DNA of 64,000 nucleotides from a plasmid, in sequence record CP113993.1. One strand, given 5' to 3'. Below are positions 59,848 through 64,000 of the stretch, piece by piece. The first letter of the stretch is position 1. Every line of letters begins with the position of its first letter. A model generated the notes under the pieces. The model ran no database searches, was not told where the DNA came from, and was given only the letters and a program-made list of their open reading frames with translations. Both the position numbers and the translations under genes were made by a program.

Positions 59848-60551
59848 CAGCGTAACGTCCCTGCACTGGTGATGATGGTCCGGGTAGTCGGATCAATCCG
59901 CTGGATCACCACATTGCCCAGCGTCTGACCTTCTCTGACAGCCCAGGTACTACCCTGCCAGCGAATCCAGGCCATACCAGTTTCCATCGACATGATTTTC
60001 ATTCCGTTAAGTACAGACGACGTTTTTTTCTTTGCTGGATGCGGTGTGGAAGAGGATTCAGTGACGCTTTTCTGTGTCATTATTCCGTTCAGGCGGCTCC
60101 GGATATCATCCAGCTGACGGCGTGTTTCCTGTGCGTATTCTTCATCCTTTTTTATAGCTTCGCCCAGCTTGTTAATGCTGTCGTGAAGCATATTCAGTGT
60201 TGCCTGAATTTTTTCATCGCGGTTATCCAGCTCTGTTTTTACATCCCGGGCAAGCTGGCTCATATCTTCTCCTGTCCGGACAGTCATAGTCTCAGTGGAC
60301 TGAACGGAAGGTGATGATTCTTGTGTGGTTTGCCAGGTCTGTACGCCAGCATCCGCATCATTAAACGGAGGCATGCCTGTTTCCGATGGCGCTCTCAGGA
60401 ACAGATACCATATGGCTGCGAGCAACACGACTGCACATAGCCCCCATGTTGCTACAGATATCCCCCAGACGGAACGTTTCCAGAAGGGGGCGGGTTTCTC
60501 TTCGGGTTCACCGAAGCTGCCGGTTTCATCTATTTCTGTTTCAGGTTTCAT
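59847..60551 (-). CDS. traP: TraP
   Basis: Colinearity, one TM segment and a coiled coil. Confidence 0.6.
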   Translation of the reverse strand: MKPETEIDETGSFGEPEEKPAPFWKRSVWGISVATWGLCAVVLLAAIWYLFLRAPSETGMPPFNDADAGVQTWQTTQESSPSVQSTETMTVRTGEDMSQLARDVKTELDNRDEKIQATLNMLHDSINKLGEAIKKDEEYAQETRRQLDDIRSRLNGIMTQKSVTESSSTPHPAKKKTSSVLNGMKIMSMETGMAWIRWQGSTWAVREGQTLGNVVIQRIDPTTRTIITSAGTLR

Positions 60552-61840
60552 TATGGTGTCTCCGGTTGTTCATCATACCGACGTTGCATCACAGCTTTTC
60601 TTTGCTCCATGGCTGTCTGCATTCGTGCCTGCGAGCGTTGTTCCGCCTGTGATGTACGATTAACTGAAGGGGAAATGCCACTGGAAAGGGAAGATGACCT
60701 GGCGTCGTTTGTCATTACCGGGTCAACAAACAGAATTGATACGACTTCATGCTGATACACTTCTACCTGTTTATAGGGCTCACTTTCTGCCTGGCGGGTT
60801 AATATCTGACTTCCTCTTTCCGCCATACCACCGGCAATAACGCCCGCAACAGCTTCACCACTGGGCATTCCCACGCGTCCGGTAACCGTGCCATAGTTAC
60901 CCTGAATAACCTGCGTGTTGGCATCTTTATAAAGTGTGCCAATACTGCCCACACCTCCTAACACTGACGGCAGAATGATATGTTTAAACCAGCGTGTATT
61001 CACATTGCTGGCCACGGATGACATCAGGTTGTCTTCCCGTTGAGCATATGCATTGACCTTAAGGTCCATGCCGTTCCAGCTCATCCGGTCGAAATGGATC
61101 TCCACGCCGTTACCCACCAGTTTGACTCCCGGACTGAACAGCGTTGCCCCTGCCCAGGGGCCAGCGGGAATGGTTGCGATAACCTTGGATGACGGGTTAT
61201 CAGAATCCACTGCAGTATCAATATATGCCGGTATACGGGTCAGAGCAGGTATCAGTTGTATCCCTTTTTCTGCTACAGGCGTGGACAGGCTGGCATTCTT
61301 TAATGCGAATTGCTGCGTACCATTCTGCCCTGTTGTTTCTGCCGGAGATTTATTCCACATAGTCGTTGCTATGGTTGGTGTACTACCGGCAGGATGCTGA
61401 TCTTTTATTCTTACAATCAGCTTTTGCAGCCGCTCCATACGTTTTTCACTGGCTGCTCGATCCTCCTGTGGTGTGCCGGAAGCCTGGCGATGAGCATAGT
61501 TTTCCGGTTTTGCTGCAGGCTGTTGTTGCTTTTCCTGAGTGTCCGGAATATCAAGCCCCTGTGGAAGACTGGCAATGAACGTCTGATTATTGCGGGCTGC
61601 AGCTGCGGCCCCTCGTTCATTATCCGCTCTTAACAGTTCACGATAGTGAGGCGTTTCGGTAACGCTGCGCGTTCCGCCGCTTGCTGCACTGTTAATGTTC
61701 ACGGCTGACTGCATATCGCTGTTACTCCCTGATAGTTTGGAAAACGCGATATAGCCGCCGCCAAATAAGATGATGCTGCCCAGTCCAAGCAGGGCAGCCA
61801 GTTTCTTTCCGGATTTACCGGCATCCTGTTCAGCACTCAT
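60551..61840 (-). CDS. traO: TraO (VirB10-like)
   Basis: It has an N-terminal TM, a Pro/Gln-rich linker and a C-terminal beta domain. Colinearity. Confidence 0.65.
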   Translation of the reverse strand: MSAEQDAGKSGKKLAALLGLGSIILFGGGYIAFSKLSGSNSDMQSAVNINSAASGGTRSVTETPHYRELLRADNERGAAAAARNNQTFIASLPQGLDIPDTQEKQQQPAAKPENYAHRQASGTPQEDRAASEKRMERLQKLIVRIKDQHPAGSTPTIATTMWNKSPAETTGQNGTQQFALKNASLSTPVAEKGIQLIPALTRIPAYIDTAVDSDNPSSKVIATIPAGPWAGATLFSPGVKLVGNGVEIHFDRMSWNGMDLKVNAYAQREDNLMSSVASNVNTRWFKHIILPSVLGGVGSIGTLYKDANTQVIQGNYGTVTGRVGMPSGEAVAGVIAGGMAERGSQILTRQAESEPYKQVEVYQHEVVSILFVDPVMTNDARSSSLSSGISPSVNRTSQAEQRSQARMQTAMEQRKAVMQRRYDEQPETP

Positions 61841-61842
61841 GA

Positions 61843-62826
61843 TTACTCCAGTTCTGGTGTCACGTGAATGGACTGGCCATTCACAGAGAAAGTCAGTAGT
61901 GGGGTGACGGGAAGTTTCCAGAGATGAGTTCCGTCGGCAGAGGACAAGGTCTGTTCAAATTCATCGCGCAACATCGCCCGGGAACGAACCAGAAGGTCAT
62001 CGCCGTGTTGCCAGATCGTTGTATCCGGGACATTACCTGTGAATTTCAGCCTCTTAACTGAAGGGTCCCGGGGAGGAATACCATCCAGAAATGCCTGTAA
62101 TGTTGCATCATGCAGGGCGATCTTATCCGTCGGGATGGAGACAACCGGGCTGGTTGGTCCCTGCCGTGGTATTCGCAGATCCAGACGACTGTCCATTTCC
62201 TGACTGGATGACGGCGTATCTGTTTCGCCACTGGTTACGTTCAGGATGACCGGTACCGACAGACCTTTCAGGTAGACAGAAATATTTCCGGATGCCCATG
62301 GCCGCAATGGTGTGATTGTCACCATGTTCTCGTTGTACTGCACATCAAAGAGTTTTGGTGCCGCGTTATAAGGAGGATCGGATTGTGGCCATGGTGAACC
62401 GTTGATATCGGTAAATGTCACCACGCTCAGGTTGTTCATGGCTGTGCGAACAAGAGGAAGGCTGGCACCGGGGGACAGATTAACTGTCAGAGAGCTGATA
62501 CGGGGTACAACACTGGTGATGGGCGCATTGATGGCCCGCTCGTTATCCGCCATGAGACTGCGTAGTGAGCGAATCTCATCGGCGGAGAGCTCAGAATCAA
62601 GCCTTGCCGCATCCTGTACCAGCGGGCTGGCCTGCCCGGGGGCAGGCAGCTCACCTTTTACCAGTGTTGCCGGAACACCTCCGGTGTTTTGGGAGGCGTT
62701 CTGAACGTGATCGCTGGCAGAATTTGTCGTTTGTGGTGTGCGTGCGTTCTGCCATCCTGCGTTATCTGCAGACGTGGCGGCGCTGCACACCAGGAGCAGT
62801 GTGCTCAGTAAATAACGTGATTGCAT
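61843..62826 (-). CDS. traN: TraN (secretin-like / VirB9-like, signal peptide)
   Basis: Colinearity and a signal peptide. Confidence 0.65.
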   Translation of the reverse strand: MQSRYLLSTLLLVCSAATSADNAGWQNARTPQTTNSASDHVQNASQNTGGVPATLVKGELPAPGQASPLVQDAARLDSELSADEIRSLRSLMADNERAINAPITSVVPRISSLTVNLSPGASLPLVRTAMNNLSVVTFTDINGSPWPQSDPPYNAAPKLFDVQYNENMVTITPLRPWASGNISVYLKGLSVPVILNVTSGETDTPSSSQEMDSRLDLRIPRQGPTSPVVSIPTDKIALHDATLQAFLDGIPPRDPSVKRLKFTGNVPDTTIWQHGDDLLVRSRAMLRDEFEQTLSSADGTHLWKLPVTPLLTFSVNGQSIHVTPELE

Positions 62827-62836
62827 ATTACTTATC

Positions 62837-63529
62837 TCAGGAGTTCGGTCCGGCGTTACGGGAGATCATCTGCCGGATTTCCATACCGGATGGTTTCAGT
62901 CTGGGGTCAACACGCTGGATGGTGATTTCGAAAACAAAAGACTGTTCTGGCTTGCTGGTTGTCTGGCCGACCAGACGCATACGGACAGGATACTGGAATG
63001 TCCAGAACCATACGCCGTCGGACATTTGTCCCTGTCGTACCAGAACGCCAGCACCTGTCGTGGCGGTCAGATTCATCTTCTCTTTCTTGATCGTCTCCAG
63101 AATGTTAGATGCCTGTAATGCATTCACATATCCGACAAAACCTTCGTCAGAAAAACGCGGAGACAGGGAGGAGATCTGTGAACGATAGTGCACAAAATCC
63201 AGGTTGAATGCGGTCGCCAGTGCCTGGCTGCCAAAGGCCATTGCATCATTCTGACTCCATGCTGGCTGACTTGTTGGTGCCAGCCTGACCAGACGACCAT
63301 TGTCTGTAGCGAAATATTCGCGCTCCACATTCGTTGAGTGCCAGTACTGAATGGCGTTACCAGTAATACTGATAAGAAGACATGTGCCCGTACATAAAAG
63401 CGCTTTTATCAGCGCAGGGACATTATTTGCCCGCTGTTCTGACTGCTTCATAGCCCTGATTGTGCTCTTCAGTATTTCCGGGTCAGGTGCCGGATGTGAT
63501 GGCGAGGATGGCTCGGTATTTTCGGTCAT
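62837..63529 (-). CDS. traM: TraM (VirB8-like)
   Basis: Colinearity and one TM segment. Confidence 0.65.
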   Translation of the reverse strand: MTENTEPSSPSHPAPDPEILKSTIRAMKQSEQRANNVPALIKALLCTGTCLLISITGNAIQYWHSTNVEREYFATDNGRLVRLAPTSQPAWSQNDAMAFGSQALATAFNLDFVHYRSQISSLSPRFSDEGFVGYVNALQASNILETIKKEKMNLTATTGAGVLVRQGQMSDGVWFWTFQYPVRMRLVGQTTSKPEQSFVFEITIQRVDPRLKPSGMEIRQMISRNAGPNS

Positions 63530-63873
63530 AGGTTGTAGTCCTTCCAGGGATCAATATTCCCCGGCAGCTTTTCATTCACCTTGTCCACGACCGCGTCGCA
63601 GACCTGGTTTTCCAGCTGCGACAGAATGTCGTCAAGGCTGGGGAACTGGGGGAGGTTTATGCTGATTTTTTTGATTCGTGACAGACAGGACTGCAGGGAT
63701 GAGGAAACATCGTTTTCACGTTGTGACCATGCATCCGCAGCTGCACGTGCTCGCTCATATCCTGTATTACTACCGGCCTGTGCCGCGCTACCCGCACGAC
63801 AGGTTGCAGCACTTGCCGTGGATGAAATCAGGATAAGGCCGAGCACGGCAACCAGAGACTTATGCATGTTCAT
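63526..63873 (-). CDS. traL: TraL (signal peptide)
   Basis: Colinearity and an AAGGAAG RBS. Confidence 0.6.
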   Translation of the reverse strand: MNMHKSLVAVLGLILISSTASAATCRAGSAAQAGSNTGYERARAAADAWSQRENDVSSSLQSCLSRIKKISINLPQFPSLDDILSQLENQVCDAVVDKVNEKLPGNIDPWKDYNL

Positions 63874-63885
63874 ATGGCTTCCTTA

Positions 63886-64000
63886 CCGGCTCATCGGCCG
63901 GGGCTGTGGGAGAGATCCTGATGCAGAGTTTTTTCCTGCCTGTCCTCCGGCTTTTGGCTGTTGGACCACTGCTGCCATGACTGCTCGAAGCCCAGGTTCC
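63886..64000 (-). CDS. traK: TraK, 3' portion only (gene continues beyond the window)
   Basis: An open frame ends at a TAA just upstream of the traL RBS. Confidence 0.35.

Overview
This window is a segment of an IncI-complex (R64/ColIb-P9-like) conjugative plasmid, assigned by protein-level recognition and synteny only. From high to low coordinates it contains: the minus-strand tra operon (traK partial to traY), excA, an AT-rich inserted gene flanked by direct repeats, a DinQ-like type I toxin candidate, trbABC, nikB-nikA and oriT. The leading region follows: ardA, psiA split by an ISEcp1 transposition unit carrying a flavodiiron-like MBL-fold gene, psiB, a ParB-like nuclease, ssb, ardB/klcA, an orphan adenine methyltransferase, an Rpn nuclease, and five copies of GC-rich Frpo/ssi-type single-strand promoter repeats. 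Next come impCAB with a perfect LexA box, a ParMR (StbAB-like) locus with iterons, a ParF/ParG-like locus, and a tyrosine recombinase translationally coupled to a HEPN-like protein. The 6.4-13.7 kb accessory island holds a FinO-domain protein, an OLD-family ATPase-Toprim, a GC-rich two-gene operon, a DUF3800-like protein and palindromic operator arrays. It is bounded by IS26 abutting a Tn7 left end with a class 2 integron: an apparently full-length intI2 (CAA at codon 179), a dfrA-family cassette and a lipoprotein cassette with an in-frame TGA. The window ends in nested IS3-family and IS26 fragments. No rRNA, tRNA or CRISPR array was seen.
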